A DNA stretch of 64,000 bases from an uncultured Clostridia bacterium (GCA_944372365.1 CALVYP010000002.1:26870-90869), one strand, 5' to 3'; positions 17,487 to 28,834 are shown, counted from the first letter of the stretch. Numbers and translations are program-made. Notes: a model not told the origin generated them from the sequence alone.

Positions 17487-17990
17487 ATGATTCAAGACAC
17501 AACAAGGCCACAGGCGCTTGACGAAAAATTTATAAAAAAATTGCAAGAAGTTCACATGCCAGATTCCACTGGCTGCGCATATGTTTTGTTGTCGCAGTAT
17601 GGCATAACTCACAAGGTTAACGCAGTTTATGATTTTAAAAATCATATGCTTCGCGACGATGTTGTGCCGCATTTTAGTAGGGAAACAAAAATCTCTGTTC
17701 CAGATATATGCACCAAAGAAGATGCCGGGCTGTATAGAGCGGCTTATGCAGAAGTTTGCGTAAATGGTGCGGATGGGCTGAAAAATTTAAATTGCAAATT
17801 AAACGCTCACCAGTTGGCGGTTGTTGAAATGGCATTTGCAAATGCGAAGGAGATATATTTAAAAAACCAGCCAATCAAACCAAATTGCTCGCTTTCGGCA
17901 AGACCAGAAGAATACAGCCAGCAGGCAAGAGATGAGATGGAAAAGCGCGGCAATGAAATTTTAAGAAATCATGGCATTGAAATAGATTAA
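17487..17990 (+). CDS. Hypothetical cytoplasmic protein
   Basis: 167-aa ORF with a GGGGG SD and its own promoter and terminator. No motif recognised. Confidence 0.6.
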   Translation: MIQDTTRPQALDEKFIKKLQEVHMPDSTGCAYVLLSQYGITHKVNAVYDFKNHMLRDDVVPHFSRETKISVPDICTKEDAGLYRAAYAEVCVNGADGLKNLNCKLNAHQLAVVEMAFANAKEIYLKNQPIKPNCSLSARPEEYSQQARDEMEKRGNEILRNHGIEID

Positions 17991-17995
17991 AAAAA

Positions 17996-18012
17996 CCGAA
18001 CAGTTTGTTCGG
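17996..18012. terminator. Bidirectional terminator (shared with rpsT)
   Basis: CCGAACA-GTT-TGTTCGG, flanked by A5 and T4ATTTTT. Confidence 0.6.
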
Positions 18013-18024
18013 TTTTATTTTTAA

Positions 18025-18294
18025 TTATTTGTTTCTAATTTTATCAAGAGCGATTGCAAATTTCGATTTTCTTCTTGCTGCGCAGTTTGCATGAATAACG
18101 CCATCTGCCACTGCTGAATCAAGAACAGATGTAATTTCGCTGTATGCTTTTTCACTGAGAGCAACATCACCAGATGCCAAAGCCTCTTTAAATTTGCGTG
18201 TGTAGGTGTTGATTTTTGATTTGATGGCTTTGTTTTTTTCACGGTTTTTTTGTGCAACCAAAATTCTTTTTTTAGCCGATTTGATGTTTGCCAT
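18025..18294 (-). CDS. rpsT: 30S ribosomal protein S20
   Basis: 89 aa. MANIKSAKKRILVAQKNREKNKAIKS is the classic S20 N-terminus. Confidence 0.95.
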   Translation of the reverse strand: MANIKSAKKRILVAQKNREKNKAIKSKINTYTRKFKEALASGDVALSEKAYSEITSVLDSAVADGVIHANCAARRKSKFAIALDKIRNK

Positions 18295-18373
18295 GTTCTT
18301 CTCCTTTTCAAGTCTAAGGTGATTATATCACAACAACATACATTTTGCAAGTAAAATAAATAATTTTTTTTGT

Positions 18374-19150
18374 TTGCAGCAAAATATTTGCATGTATGAT
18401 TTGATTGACGAATGCGGCAGCGATTTAAAAAACTTGGGTTATGAGCAAATTTCTCATGGCAAGTTTTCGCTTTGCGAGGGCAGAGTTGATATTTTCACCG
18501 ATCAAAAATCCAAACTAGTGGGGTTTGATAAGGGAAGTTATATAATTTACAATTGTCCGTTGATGCACGCGTATGGGCAGGAATGTTTTGATTATCTTTC
18601 AACTCAACTTGCAAAAGGTATTAGGCGTCTTGCACGAAAAAACAAACTCAACAAAAAATCGCGAATTCTTGTTGTTGGTTTGGGCAATCCAGCAATTTTG
18701 GCTGATTGCTTGGGAAGCAGGGTGCTGGATGAGATAAATTTGGATGTTTTAAAAAAGCCGCTTAGAGTTTTTAAGTTTGCGCCAAACATATTTTTTAACA
18801 CTGGGATCAATTCGTTTGACGCAATCAATATGCTTTGCATTTGGCTTGATGCCGATGGGGTGTGCGTGATTGACGCGCTTGGCACAAACAGCCCTTCACG
18901 CTTGACAACCAGCATCCAAATCAACGATGCTGGCATGACGCCTGCAAGCGCGGTGAATAATTTGGGCAACAAAATTTGCAAGTCATCGCTTGGTGTTGCG
19001 TGCATTTCAATAGGCGTGCCAACCATGTTGCTTGCGGGCAAAGTCAACCCGTCATATCCAGATAAATTGATACTAACGCCAAAGGATATCCACAGCGAAG
19101 TAAGCAATCTTGCAAAAATCATTTCAAAGGCAATAACTATGGCTTTGTAG
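18374..19150 (+). CDS. gpr: GPR-family spore germination protease (A25 peptidase), short form
   Basis: Motifs ILVVGLGNPAILADCLG, DALGTNSPSRLTTSIQINDAGMTP and ISIGVPTML match GPR endopeptidase. The divergent arrangement with rpsT matches the conserved rpsT-gpr synteny of Firmicutes. The start is uncertain (TTG 18374 or ATG 18392). Confidence 0.75.
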   Translation: MQQNICMYDLIDECGSDLKNLGYEQISHGKFSLCEGRVDIFTDQKSKLVGFDKGSYIIYNCPLMHAYGQECFDYLSTQLAKGIRRLARKNKLNKKSRILVVGLGNPAILADCLGSRVLDEINLDVLKKPLRVFKFAPNIFFNTGINSFDAINMLCIWLDADGVCVIDALGTNSPSRLTTSIQINDAGMTPASAVNNLGNKICKSSLGVACISIGVPTMLLAGKVNPSYPDKLILTPKDIHSEVSNLAKIISKAITMAL

Positions 19151-19163
19151 CATATATAACTAT

Positions 19164-19871
19164 GTGAAAAAAGTTGCGGTGATAGACAGCGGCAGCGGTG
19201 GGCTGAATGTGCTTTCAAAGCTTTTTGCTTCTGCGCATGACTGTCAGTTTTTATATCTTGCGGACGAAAAAAATGCACCGTATGGTGAAAAAAGTAAGCA
19301 AAATTTAATAAAAATTGCAAAAAATTTAGTTGAAATGCTAAATTATTCTTTTCATCCAGATGTCATCGTGTTTGCTTGCAACACTCTTACTGCTTGTGCG
19401 ATACGGGCTATGCGAAGGATTTATCCTAATATAAATTTTATAGGTTGCGAGCCGGCGATAAAACCCGCTTGCCAAAAATATAACCCCACCGAAGTGCTTT
19501 TGCTTGCCACAGATGCAACAATAAAACACAGCGCTCTCGTCAAAAAATATGCAGACATGCAAACGCTTGCAATCAAAAATCTGCCAACGCTTATTGACCA
19601 AAATTTGTTTGATTTAAACAGCCTTATTCCATATCTTCGCCAGCAGATTCTGCCATATTCGCCAAAAGCAATCGTGCTTGGCTGCACGCATTTTGAAGCA
19701 ATCAAAACTCAAATTTCATCATTTTGCACAGCTGAACTTTTTTCAAGCAGCGAAGGTATTTCAAAGCGGCTTGGCAGTTTTTGTGCGCCGCACGGCGGCA
19801 ACGATTGTTTTTTTATGACCACAGGCAGCGGAGAGAGCTTGCCAAAATTTTTTCACTATCTTTTCAATTAA
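19164..19871 (+). CDS. murI: Glutamate racemase
   Basis: VAVIDSGSGGL at the N-terminus, plus the catalytic Cys motifs FACNTLT and LGCTHF. GTG start. Confidence 0.85.
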   Translation: MKKVAVIDSGSGGLNVLSKLFASAHDCQFLYLADEKNAPYGEKSKQNLIKIAKNLVEMLNYSFHPDVIVFACNTLTACAIRAMRRIYPNINFIGCEPAIKPACQKYNPTEVLLLATDATIKHSALVKKYADMQTLAIKNLPTLIDQNLFDLNSLIPYLRQQILPYSPKAIVLGCTHFEAIKTQISSFCTAELFSSSEGISKRLGSFCAPHGGNDCFFMTTGSGESLPKFFHYLFN

Positions 19872-20589
19872 ACTCTTGGCTCATGTTAAAAATTATGTTC
19901 AAAATCTCCACAGAGCGATATTTCAAACTCTGCTCGGTGCAAGAGGCCAGCATAACACTTTCCATCACATCGGCAAGGTATTCACCAAAGGCTGTTGTTG
20001 TGTTGTCAAAATGGTTTTCAAACTGCTCGTGAAAATCATCATGTGCCTTTGTTAATGCGCTTTGCAGTTTATTAAGTTTTTCCTGCACAAAAGTTTGCGA
20101 ATAGACGCCTGCTTGCAAACCCGTTGCCAAGTCCGCCAGCGTTCTGTAACTTTGCCAAAAACTTTCATAGCTGTTGCGTATGGCTGCGTGCTTAGCTGCT
20201 GAAAGCTCCAAGTCGATTGTAAACGAAGGAATGCTTAAATTGACAATTTGACTTTCAATAAGCTGTTTTTGTAAATTTTTCTTAATTTTTTCTGCATCAA
20301 CGCTGTTTTCGTATGCATCATAAATTACATGATAGTATTTTTCGTACTGCCATATATATCCTGCGCCGCCCAAATTTTGACAGTCTTGCGCAAGCGCTTG
20401 CGCTTCAAGGCTGTGTTGCGATTTTGCTAAAGAGAGCAAATATATTGTGCTCGGCTGGCTGGAAAATCCGTTGCTGTAATTTTGCGAAGACGAGATATAA
20501 AGCGACGATGAAAAATAATTCGCGCACACGGCAGCACTGAAAATACCGCAAATTGCAATCACCAAAACCGCGATTTTAATTTTTTTCAT
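19864..20589 (-). CDS. Membrane-anchored protein with a possible SPOR-like domain
   Basis: N-terminal TM/signal MKKIKIAVLVIAICGIFSAAV. The segment STIYLLSLAKSQHSLEAQALAQDCQNLGGAGYIWQYEKYYHVIYDAYENSVDAEKIKKNL resembles a SPOR repeat. The C-terminal half is helical. Confidence 0.45.
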   Translation of the reverse strand: MKKIKIAVLVIAICGIFSAAVCANYFSSSLYISSSQNYSNGFSSQPSTIYLLSLAKSQHSLEAQALAQDCQNLGGAGYIWQYEKYYHVIYDAYENSVDAEKIKKNLQKQLIESQIVNLSIPSFTIDLELSAAKHAAIRNSYESFWQSYRTLADLATGLQAGVYSQTFVQEKLNKLQSALTKAHDDFHEQFENHFDNTTTAFGEYLADVMESVMLASCTEQSLKYRSVEILNIIFNMSQEFN

Positions 20590-20703
20590 ACTTAAATTTT
20601 ATGAGCATTTTTGACAAAGTATTCTGTTAAAACTGGCACTTTCGCTTTACAAAAAGCATACTTAGATGTAAACTTTAATAGTAAGATATTCAAGGAGGAA
20701 ATT

Positions 20704-20985
20704 ATGAAATTACATCCACTTTTTGACAGGGTTGTGCTTGAACCTAAAAAAGCAGAAGAATCCAAAGGCGGCATTTTATTGCCTTCGGTTGCGCAAGACA
20801 AGTCGCAAATTGCAAAGGTTGTTGCAGTTGGCGAAGGCGGAACGGCGGACGGCAAAGAAGTTAAAATGCTTGTCAAAGTGGGAGATGAAGTGCTTTACGC
20901 TAAATATTCAGGCGTAGAGATTGAAAACGGCGACAAAAAGTATGTTGTTGTAAGGCAGGGTGACATCCTTGCCATATTAAAGTAG
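20704..20985 (+). CDS. groES: Co-chaperonin GroES
   Basis: 93 aa: [14 protein letters not shown]...GGILLP...VVAVGEG. AAGGAGG SD. Confidence 0.95.
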   Translation: MKLHPLFDRVVLEPKKAEESKGGILLPSVAQDKSQIAKVVAVGEGGTADGKEVKMLVKVGDEVLYAKYSGVEIENGDKKYVVVRQGDILAILK

Positions 20986-22608
<1,623 letters not shown>

Positions 22609-22654
22609 TGTTTAAAACCCCATCGCGATGTCAATAAAATGTGGTGGGGTGTAT

Positions 22655-23158
22655 ATGAAAAAATTAAAGCACATTATTTTAGTTCTCGCTTTGGCTTGCG
22701 CGATTGCAGGTTGCGAAAGTTCCAACCAAATTATTGCGGCACACATTTCAAACATAACAAGCGCGGGCAGCAGCGATTACAGCTTGCAAGTAACATTTGA
22801 AAGCGACACGCGCATAGAGCAAAAATATTATGACGTTCAAGTCAAAAGCAGCATCGAAAACCTTGATTTCACATTTTTTAGGCAGGGCGAAGGCAAGTTT
22901 AGTGCCAACATCGCGCAAAAAGATAGGTGGAATTCTTTAACCAGCATAATTTATTCAAGCTTGGGGCAGCCTGACAGGCAAACTTTCAGCCAGCTTAAAG
23001 ATGCGCAAAACGCCATTTATGTTTTTAATGTTTCTCAGCCAGCCACATTGATTTTCAGGGTTGTTGCAGGTGAGTGCGAGAATGATGCTGATGGCGGTGG
23101 ACAGATTTTGGCGAACACACAGCAAATAAGTGAAGAATTTGTTTTAAAATGCGGTTAA
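22655..23158 (+). CDS. Lipoprotein (unknown function)
   Basis: Signal peptide with the lipobox MKKLKHIILVLALACAIAGC. About 167 aa. Confidence 0.7.
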   Translation: MKKLKHIILVLALACAIAGCESSNQIIAAHISNITSAGSSDYSLQVTFESDTRIEQKYYDVQVKSSIENLDFTFFRQGEGKFSANIAQKDRWNSLTSIIYSSLGQPDRQTFSQLKDAQNAIYVFNVSQPATLIFRVVAGECENDADGGGQILANTQQISEEFVLKCG

Positions 23159-23174
23159 AATTTGTTATATCAAT

Positions 23175-23200
23175 AAAAGCGAGTTAAATCGCTTTTATTT
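23175..23200 (+). terminator. Rho-independent terminator
   Basis: AAAAGCGA-GTTAAA-TCGCTTTT followed by a T-rich run. Confidence 0.55.
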
Positions 23201-23241
23201 TTTATTAAATTATAGTAAAATTTATACATAAGGAGTTGATA

Positions 23242-23907
23242 ATGCTTTCAATCAATCATCTGTTTTTGAAGTATACGCGTGAGTTTTACGCACTCTACGA
23301 CATCAATTTGCAGGTTGCCGATGGCGAAAAAGTTGCCTTTGTTGGCGCGGACAACAGCGGCAAAACAAGCTTGTTGCGCGTGATATCTAAGCTTGAAAAA
23401 CCAACAAAAGGCGAGATATATCTCCACGACAGGCCACTGAAAAAAGTTAATTTCAAAAACGATATCAGCGCGGGATATGTTCCAGCGTCGCCTGTGTTTT
23501 TGGAAAATAAAACAGTTTATGAAAACTTTAAATACATTTTAAACGAACGCAAAGTTCCGCCAGCAGAAATTGAAAACAAAATCAATGATGCCGTGATTGA
23601 GTTTTCACTTGAAAAAATTAAGGATGAAAAAATATCCAACCTTTCGGTTGAAGAAAAGTATATTTTGTCTTTAATCAGGCTTTCATTTAGAAAACTTGAC
23701 TTTTTAATGATTGACAACATCTTTGAAAACCTATCTGATTTTTACATTGAAATAATTGAAGAGATTTTGCAAAAGCTTGTTCAACCATCCACCACACTTA
23801 TTGTCGCAACAACCGATGAAAAGCTTGCCGACAGGTTTTGCAAACGCAAGATATATTTTAAAAACGGCTCGATAGTTTCAGCCAACGAATATAACAGTGC
23901 CGACTAA
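23242..23907 (+). CDS. ABC-type ATPase-like protein with degenerate catalytic motifs
   Basis: ABC fold pattern, but Walker A is GADNSGKTS, the signature is LSVEEKYIL instead of LSGGQ, and Walker B is FLMIDNIF (no catalytic Glu). There is no adjacent permease. ATG after AAGGAG. Confidence 0.65.
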   Translation: MLSINHLFLKYTREFYALYDINLQVADGEKVAFVGADNSGKTSLLRVISKLEKPTKGEIYLHDRPLKKVNFKNDISAGYVPASPVFLENKTVYENFKYILNERKVPPAEIENKINDAVIEFSLEKIKDEKISNLSVEEKYILSLIRLSFRKLDFLMIDNIFENLSDFYIEIIEEILQKLVQPSTTLIVATTDEKLADRFCKRKIYFKNGSIVSANEYNSAD

Positions 23908-24221
23908 TCAGGAAATTGTTTTTCTCCAACACTTGATGTTGGAGTTTTTTTATTGTTAAGCGATGAAAGCATGCCTAAAATCGGGTTTTGACTTGCAAGC
24001 GTTTTTGCGTCGTCAGGAAAGAGATTTTTGCCTGTCAGCGCGCTTATCAAAAGTGGCAGCAAAGGCGAGTTTTGCGAGTTTAACGCGCCAGAAAGCAAGC
24101 CGGCAAGCGGCGCGGGCTTAGATGCATCATCCAAAGCCTTACTCTCATCACTAAAAGCAAAGGTGTTGTTTTGCTGAGTGTATGCTTCTTGTGGATACAG
24201 CGGCGGGAAATTATTGTTCAT
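23904..24221 (-). CDS. Hypothetical low-complexity protein
   Basis: 105-aa version starting at MNNNFPPLYPQ, rich in L/S/N/P. No clear SD. The longer 162-aa ORF overlaps a better-supported plus-strand gene. Confidence 0.3.
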   Translation of the reverse strand: MNNNFPPLYPQEAYTQQNNTFAFSDESKALDDASKPAPLAGLLSGALNSQNSPLLPLLISALTGKNLFPDDAKTLASQNPILGMLSSLNNKKTPTSSVGEKQFPD

Positions 24222-24312
24222 GCTAAATTTATATGCTTTATCTATGCAATATGCAACTTGTTGTAGAGCAAAAATGTTTGCCAGCATATAATGCAACAGG
24301 GAGAAAAGACGA

Positions 24313-24585
24313 ATGAGCAAAAATTTTGCAGATTTCAAGTGCGGCCATCGCAACAAAGCGGACGCGGGCATAAGCCAGCAAGAAAAAATCAATCAAATAT
24401 ATCAGCAATACAAGAATATGGATTCGTCTTCGCTTGCCGAGGCTCTTGCAAGCACCGTGGCAAAGCAAAAGGCAGACGGAACATTTGATTATAACTTGCT
24501 AAACCAAAGTGTTGAGGCGGTTCGCGCATATTTGCCGGAGCAAACCTATCAAAATCTGAAAAATCTGTTAGAGAATTTAAGATGA
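24313..24585 (+). CDS. Hypothetical small protein coupled to the S8 peptidase
   Basis: 90-aa ORF with a GGGAG SD. Its stop overlaps the peptidase start (ATGA). Confidence 0.5.
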   Translation: MSKNFADFKCGHRNKADAGISQQEKINQIYQQYKNMDSSSLAEALASTVAKQKADGTFDYNLLNQSVEAVRAYLPEQTYQNLKNLLENLR

Positions 24586-25724
24586 ACTTACAAAAAGTTG
24601 ACGCCATGCTTGTTAAAAGCGCATGGAGTGCAGAAGATGACAAAAAATTAAATTGCCTTGTAAGTGGCAGAAATTTTAAACTGCTTAAAACAGCTATTGA
24701 AAAATTAAATATACAAATTTTAGATGAATATTTATTCATAAATTGTTTTTATGTCGCCGCAAATAAAAAGCAGATTTCGCTGCTTTCAAAATTGGCGGAA
24801 GTAAAATATATTTGCGCAAACATCTCTGCACTAGCGCTTATGCATGTTGCAAGAAAGGTGCTAAGGCTGCCGCAAAATGCATTAACCGGCAGGGGAGTTG
24901 GCGTTGCAATCATCGACACCGGTGTGTCGGCGCACTATGATTTTTGTTTGGGGCAAATGCGTATAAAACAGTTTGTCGATTTTGTTGGCAACGGCGAGAC
25001 TATGTATGACGACAATGGCCACGGCAGTTTTGTTTGCGGGGTGTGCGCTGGCAATGGCGCGGCAAGCGGAGGCAAATTTAAAGGCATCGCGCCAAATGCA
25101 GAAATCTATGCTTTGAAGGCGCTTGACAAAAACGGCGAGGCGTATTCAAACAACATTCTCTCAGCGATGGGCTGGGTGTATGACAATTGCAAACGCTGCG
25201 GCATCAAGGTTGTGTGCATGAGTTTTGGAAGTGAGCCGCTTGGGTTTAACGATCCAATCATGCTTGGCGCAGAAGAGCTTTGGAAGCGCGGCGTGATTGT
25301 GGTGGCGGCAGCGGGCAACAGCGGGCCTCAGTTTCAGTCAATAAAAAGCCCGGGGGTAAGCAGGCGGCTTATCACAGTTGGTGGAATGGACGACAATCGC
25401 ATAGGCGATGAGTTTGTGCCATCGCTTTTTGAGGTGGCGTCGTTCTCATCTCGCGGCCCTTCGTTTAGATCGTATAAGCCAGATGTTGTTGCACCGGCGG
25501 TTGAAGTTTGCAGTTGCGACAACAGGGGCGGATATATGAAATTGAGCGGCACATCTGTTGCCACGCCTATGATTGCTGGCGCGATGTGTTTGATTTGCGA
25601 AAAGCATCCAAGCATTTCGCCCGACGAGGCCAAGCGAAAACTCATTGCTTGTTGCAACCCAATTTGCTTTAACAAAAACCTTGAAGGATATGGCTATCCA
25701 AATTTAACTAAATTTTTTGATTAA
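24582..25724 (+). CDS. S8 family (subtilisin-like) serine peptidase with no signal peptide
   Basis: Catalytic triad motifs VAIIDTGV (Asp), HGSFVCG (His) and GTSVATPMIAG (Ser). The N-terminal 90 aa or so look like an I9-type propeptide. Confidence 0.85.
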   Translation: MNLQKVDAMLVKSAWSAEDDKKLNCLVSGRNFKLLKTAIEKLNIQILDEYLFINCFYVAANKKQISLLSKLAEVKYICANISALALMHVARKVLRLPQNALTGRGVGVAIIDTGVSAHYDFCLGQMRIKQFVDFVGNGETMYDDNGHGSFVCGVCAGNGAASGGKFKGIAPNAEIYALKALDKNGEAYSNNILSAMGWVYDNCKRCGIKVVCMSFGSEPLGFNDPIMLGAEELWKRGVIVVAAAGNSGPQFQSIKSPGVSRRLITVGGMDDNRIGDEFVPSLFEVASFSSRGPSFRSYKPDVVAPAVEVCSCDNRGGYMKLSGTSVATPMIAGAMCLICEKHPSISPDEAKRKLIACCNPICFNKNLEGYGYPNLTKFFD

Positions 25725-26735
25725 ATCAATAATTTGTTTATTTGCGTTTAAAATATTGCATTTTTGCATATTTTTTTTGTAAAAATTGGCATTTTTCATA
25801 ATTTTATTTATGTTATTTAGCAAACTTTGCTTCGATAAGTCTTCATCAAAAATAGCTTCCGCAAAGCCGTTCTGTTTAAAAATTTTTGCGTTTTCAATTT
25901 GATCGCCACGCGACGCACCCTTTGCAAGTGGAAGCAAAAGCATGGGTTTGTTTAGTGCCAAAAGCTCGTTTATAACTCCTGAGCCGGCGCGAGAAACAAC
26001 CAAATCGGCGGCGTCATAAAAATCGGCAATCGGGTTGAGATAGTCAAAAACAAAACAGCCGTTTTGTGGTTTAACTTTTGAAAAATTGTTTTTGCCAACC
26101 GCGATAATCACAACAAAATCCTTTGTCAAAAAGCTGGCATCCGACAAAAGCGAATTGATTTTTTGTGATCCCAAACTTCCACCTACAAACAAAATTATTG
26201 GTTTGTTTTGGTTTCCAATTTTTTTGAAAACAGTGTTTTTATTACCTTCAAAAATTTGTTTGCGAATTGGCTGACCGGTGTAAATAAAGTTTTTGTGACA
26301 GGCTGCGGTTTGTTGAAAAGTTGTGCAAACCACCTTGGCTTTTTTTGCGATAATTTTGTTGGCAAGCCCAAGTGACAAGTCGCTTTCATGGGTGATGATG
26401 TTGATGTTTTTTGCTGCAAGCACAACAGGCAGTGAAACATATCCGCCCTTAGAAAAAATTATATCAGGCTTAATTTGTTTTAAAATTCTTTTGGCTTGGC
26501 GAATGCTTTTTAAAAGTTTTATTGGCACAAAAAGGTTTTTTAAAATGTTTGACCTATCAAATTTCACCGCAGAAATTTGATGATATTTCACATTTTTTTG
26601 ACCGCTTAAAATTTGCTTTTCCATGCCGTCTGTGCCGATGTAGTGAATGTCGTAATCTTGCAGTTGCTCAATCAGTGCTATGTTTGGATAAACATGCCCA
26701 GCCGTTCCGCCGCCTGTGAATACTATTGTTTTCAT
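25704..26735 (-). CDS. murG: Undecaprenyldiphospho-muramoylpentapeptide beta-N-acetylglucosaminyltransferase
   Basis: 343 aa with the FTGGGTAGHVYPNIAL N-terminus and a GT28 pattern (GGSLGS, SRAGSG). Confidence 0.9.
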   Translation of the reverse strand: MKTIVFTGGGTAGHVYPNIALIEQLQDYDIHYIGTDGMEKQILSGQKNVKYHQISAVKFDRSNILKNLFVPIKLLKSIRQAKRILKQIKPDIIFSKGGYVSLPVVLAAKNINIITHESDLSLGLANKIIAKKAKVVCTTFQQTAACHKNFIYTGQPIRKQIFEGNKNTVFKKIGNQNKPIILFVGGSLGSQKINSLLSDASFLTKDFVVIIAVGKNNFSKVKPQNGCFVFDYLNPIADFYDAADLVVSRAGSGVINELLALNKPMLLLPLAKGASRGDQIENAKIFKQNGFAEAIFDEDLSKQSLLNNINKIMKNANFYKKNMQKCNILNANKQIIDLIKKFS

Positions 26736-26827
26736 GCTTATATGATATGCAATATTTGGCGCATTTATTTAAGTGTAATTATGCATAAAAATGAATAAAA
26801 ATACACATGTTGAAAAGTCAAAATTTC

Positions 26828-26856
26828 TTGGTTTAAAAATTTTAATGTGATATAAT
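26828..26856 (+). promoter_or_regulatory. Candidate sigma-A promoter of the topoisomerase operon
   Basis: TTGGTT, a 17-nt spacer, then an extended -10 TGATATAAT, about 30 nt upstream of the ATG at 26887. Confidence 0.45.
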
Positions 26857-26886
26857 AATTATATATTTGTTTAACTAGGAGATTTT

Positions 26887-28833
26887 ATGGCCGAATATAA
26901 ATCGAAAGATATCGTTGTTTTAGAAGGGCTGGATGCTGTTAGGCTTAGACCGGGTATGTATATCGGCACAACTGGCCCAAAAGGTTTTCATCACATTTTA
27001 TGGGAGATTGTAGACAACGCGATAGACGAAATTTCAAGTGGCTATGGCGACACAATTTCAATCATAATCAATCCAGATGGCAGCGCAACTGTTGAAGACA
27101 ACGGGCGCGGCATTCCTGTTGACATTCATCCAACCATGAAAAAAAGCGGTGTTGAAGTTGTTTACACCACATTGCATGCTGGTGGAAAGTTTAACAGCGC
27201 AAATTATAAATTCTCTGGCGGGTTGCACGGCGTGGGCGCATCGGTTACAAATGCGCTTTCTTTGTGGTGTGATGTAACCGTTTACAGAGACGGCAACGAG
27301 CATAATATGCGTTTTGAATCCAAACAGGGCGCGGACGGCAAAATACATGGTGGCGTGGTTGAAAAACCGCTTACAGTTGTTGGCAAAACAACCAAAACCG
27401 GCACAAAAGTCACTTTCATGCCTGACGAGCGTATTTTTGGCAAGCAAGAGTTTAGCTTTGACGCCATTTCTCGCAGGGCAAGAGAGCTTGCATTTTTGAA
27501 TAAAAACTTAAAGATAAATGTCATCGACAAAATCAATGGCGGGCAGGCAACTTTCCACTATGAAGGCGGAATAAGCGATTTTGCCGAGTATCTTGTTGAA
27601 GGCAAAACCAAACTTTATGCAAAGCCTATATACATCGAGCAAGAAGACAAAGATTTTCAAATGGAACTTGCTCTCATCTACACAGACGGCTACACAGAAA
27701 ACTGTTTTTCATATGTCAACAACATCCCAACCACAGAAGGCGGAACGCACGAGACGGGCGCAAAATCGGCAATAACCAAGGTGTTTAACGACTATGCTCG
27801 CGCAAACAACTTCTTGAAAGAAAAAGAAGCCAACTTTTTGGGCGAGGATTTTAGAGAAGGCGTTACAATAGTTTTATCCGTTAAAATGAACAACGTGCAG
27901 TTTGAAGGGCAAACAAAAACCAAACTTGGCAATCCAGAGGCAAGGGTTAAGGTTGAAGCGCTTACAATCAAAGGGCTGAACGAATTTTTAAGCAGCAAAA
28001 AATCATCTTCTGTTGCCGAAGCAATTTTAGGCAAGGCAAAAGCAGCTGCCAAAACGCGTGAAGCTGCAAAGCGTGCCAAAGAACTCACGCGTGCAAAAAA
28101 CTCGGCAGACAACTTTAACTTGGTTGGTAAACTTGCCGCATCATCATCTAGAAATCGTGAAAAAGCCGAACTTTTTATAGTGGAAGGCGATTCGGCGGGC
28201 GGAAGTGCAAAACAGGGCAGAGATCGCTCTTTCCAAGCAATTTTGCCGCTTAGAGGCAAGCCGCTTAACGCTGAGAAAAAGCGCATCGATCAGGTGCTTG
28301 GCAATGAGGAAATCCGCACAATCATCAGCGCGCTTGAAACAGGCATAGGCGAAGATTTTGACCTTTCAAGTTTAAGATACAACAAAGTTATCATCCTCTC
28401 TGATGCCGATCAAGACGGCGCACACATCAGGGCAATTTTGCTTACTTTCTTTTTTAGGTATATGCGTGAACTCATCAACGATGGGCATGTGTTTATTGGG
28501 CTTCCACCACTTTACAAGGTTTACAAAAAGGGCTTTGAAGAGTATGTTTACTCGGATGCCGAACTTCCTGCCGCTGTGGCTAGATGCGGCAAAGGCTACT
28601 TGATTCAAAGGTATAAAGGTTTGGGCGAAATGAACCCAGATCAACTTTACGAAACAACCATGGATCCTGAAAAACGCTCGCTTATTCAAGTGACGATTGA
28701 AGATGCCGCCGAAGCAGAAAAAATGGTTGTAACGCTTATGGGCGACGATATAGAAGCAAGAAAAGAATACATCTCTCAGCATGCCAACTTTGACAAGGTT
28801 GACAAGTTTATGGATGAGTATAAAGGGGGCTAA
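26887..28833 (+). CDS. Type IIA DNA topoisomerase subunit B (ParE or GyrB)
   Basis: 648 aa: [20 protein letters not shown] ATPase motifs, Toprim EGDSAGG and PLRGK. Confidence 0.92.
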   Translation: MAEYKSKDIVVLEGLDAVRLRPGMYIGTTGPKGFHHILWEIVDNAIDEISSGYGDTISIIINPDGSATVEDNGRGIPVDIHPTMKKSGVEVVYTTLHAGGKFNSANYKFSGGLHGVGASVTNALSLWCDVTVYRDGNEHNMRFESKQGADGKIHGGVVEKPLTVVGKTTKTGTKVTFMPDERIFGKQEFSFDAISRRARELAFLNKNLKINVIDKINGGQATFHYEGGISDFAEYLVEGKTKLYAKPIYIEQEDKDFQMELALIYTDGYTENCFSYVNNIPTTEGGTHETGAKSAITKVFNDYARANNFLKEKEANFLGEDFREGVTIVLSVKMNNVQFEGQTKTKLGNPEARVKVEALTIKGLNEFLSSKKSSSVAEAILGKAKAAAKTREAAKRAKELTRAKNSADNFNLVGKLAASSSRNREKAELFIVEGDSAGGSAKQGRDRSFQAILPLRGKPLNAEKKRIDQVLGNEEIRTIISALETGIGEDFDLSSLRYNKVIILSDADQDGAHIRAILLTFFFRYMRELINDGHVFIGLPPLYKVYKKGFEEYVYSDAELPAAVARCGKGYLIQRYKGLGEMNPDQLYETTMDPEKRSLIQVTIEDAAEAEKMVVTLMGDDIEARKEYISQHANFDKVDKFMDEYKGG

Positions 28834-28834
28834 A

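Noticed and set aside
9926-18024. Direct repeats (att sites) flanking the phage-like module
   Set aside because: I compared the two flanks by eye and found no shared sequence of 12 nt or more. This is only a visual check, so a computational repeat search is still needed.
20634-20650. TGGCAC motif suggesting a sigma-54 promoter upstream of groES (a similar TGGCAC/TGGCAT pair lies at about 9978-10005)
   Set aside because: The spacing to a GC dinucleotide does not fit the -24 GG / -12 GC geometry (TGGCAC-N5-TTGC). This is probably a chance occurrence.
20590-20703. Expected CIRCE (HrcA operator, TTAGCACTC-N9-GAGTGCTAA) upstream of groES
   Set aside because: I scanned the leader. Only a partial CTGGCACTTT is present and it has no inverted partner, so no CIRCE element can be supported.
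24222-24392. N-terminal 57 codons of the 162-aa minus-strand ORF 23904..24392
   Set aside because: They overlap the better-supported plus-strand 90-aa gene, which has an SD and is coupled to the S8 peptidase. The sequence (MIFSCWLMPASALLRW...) looks non-coding.
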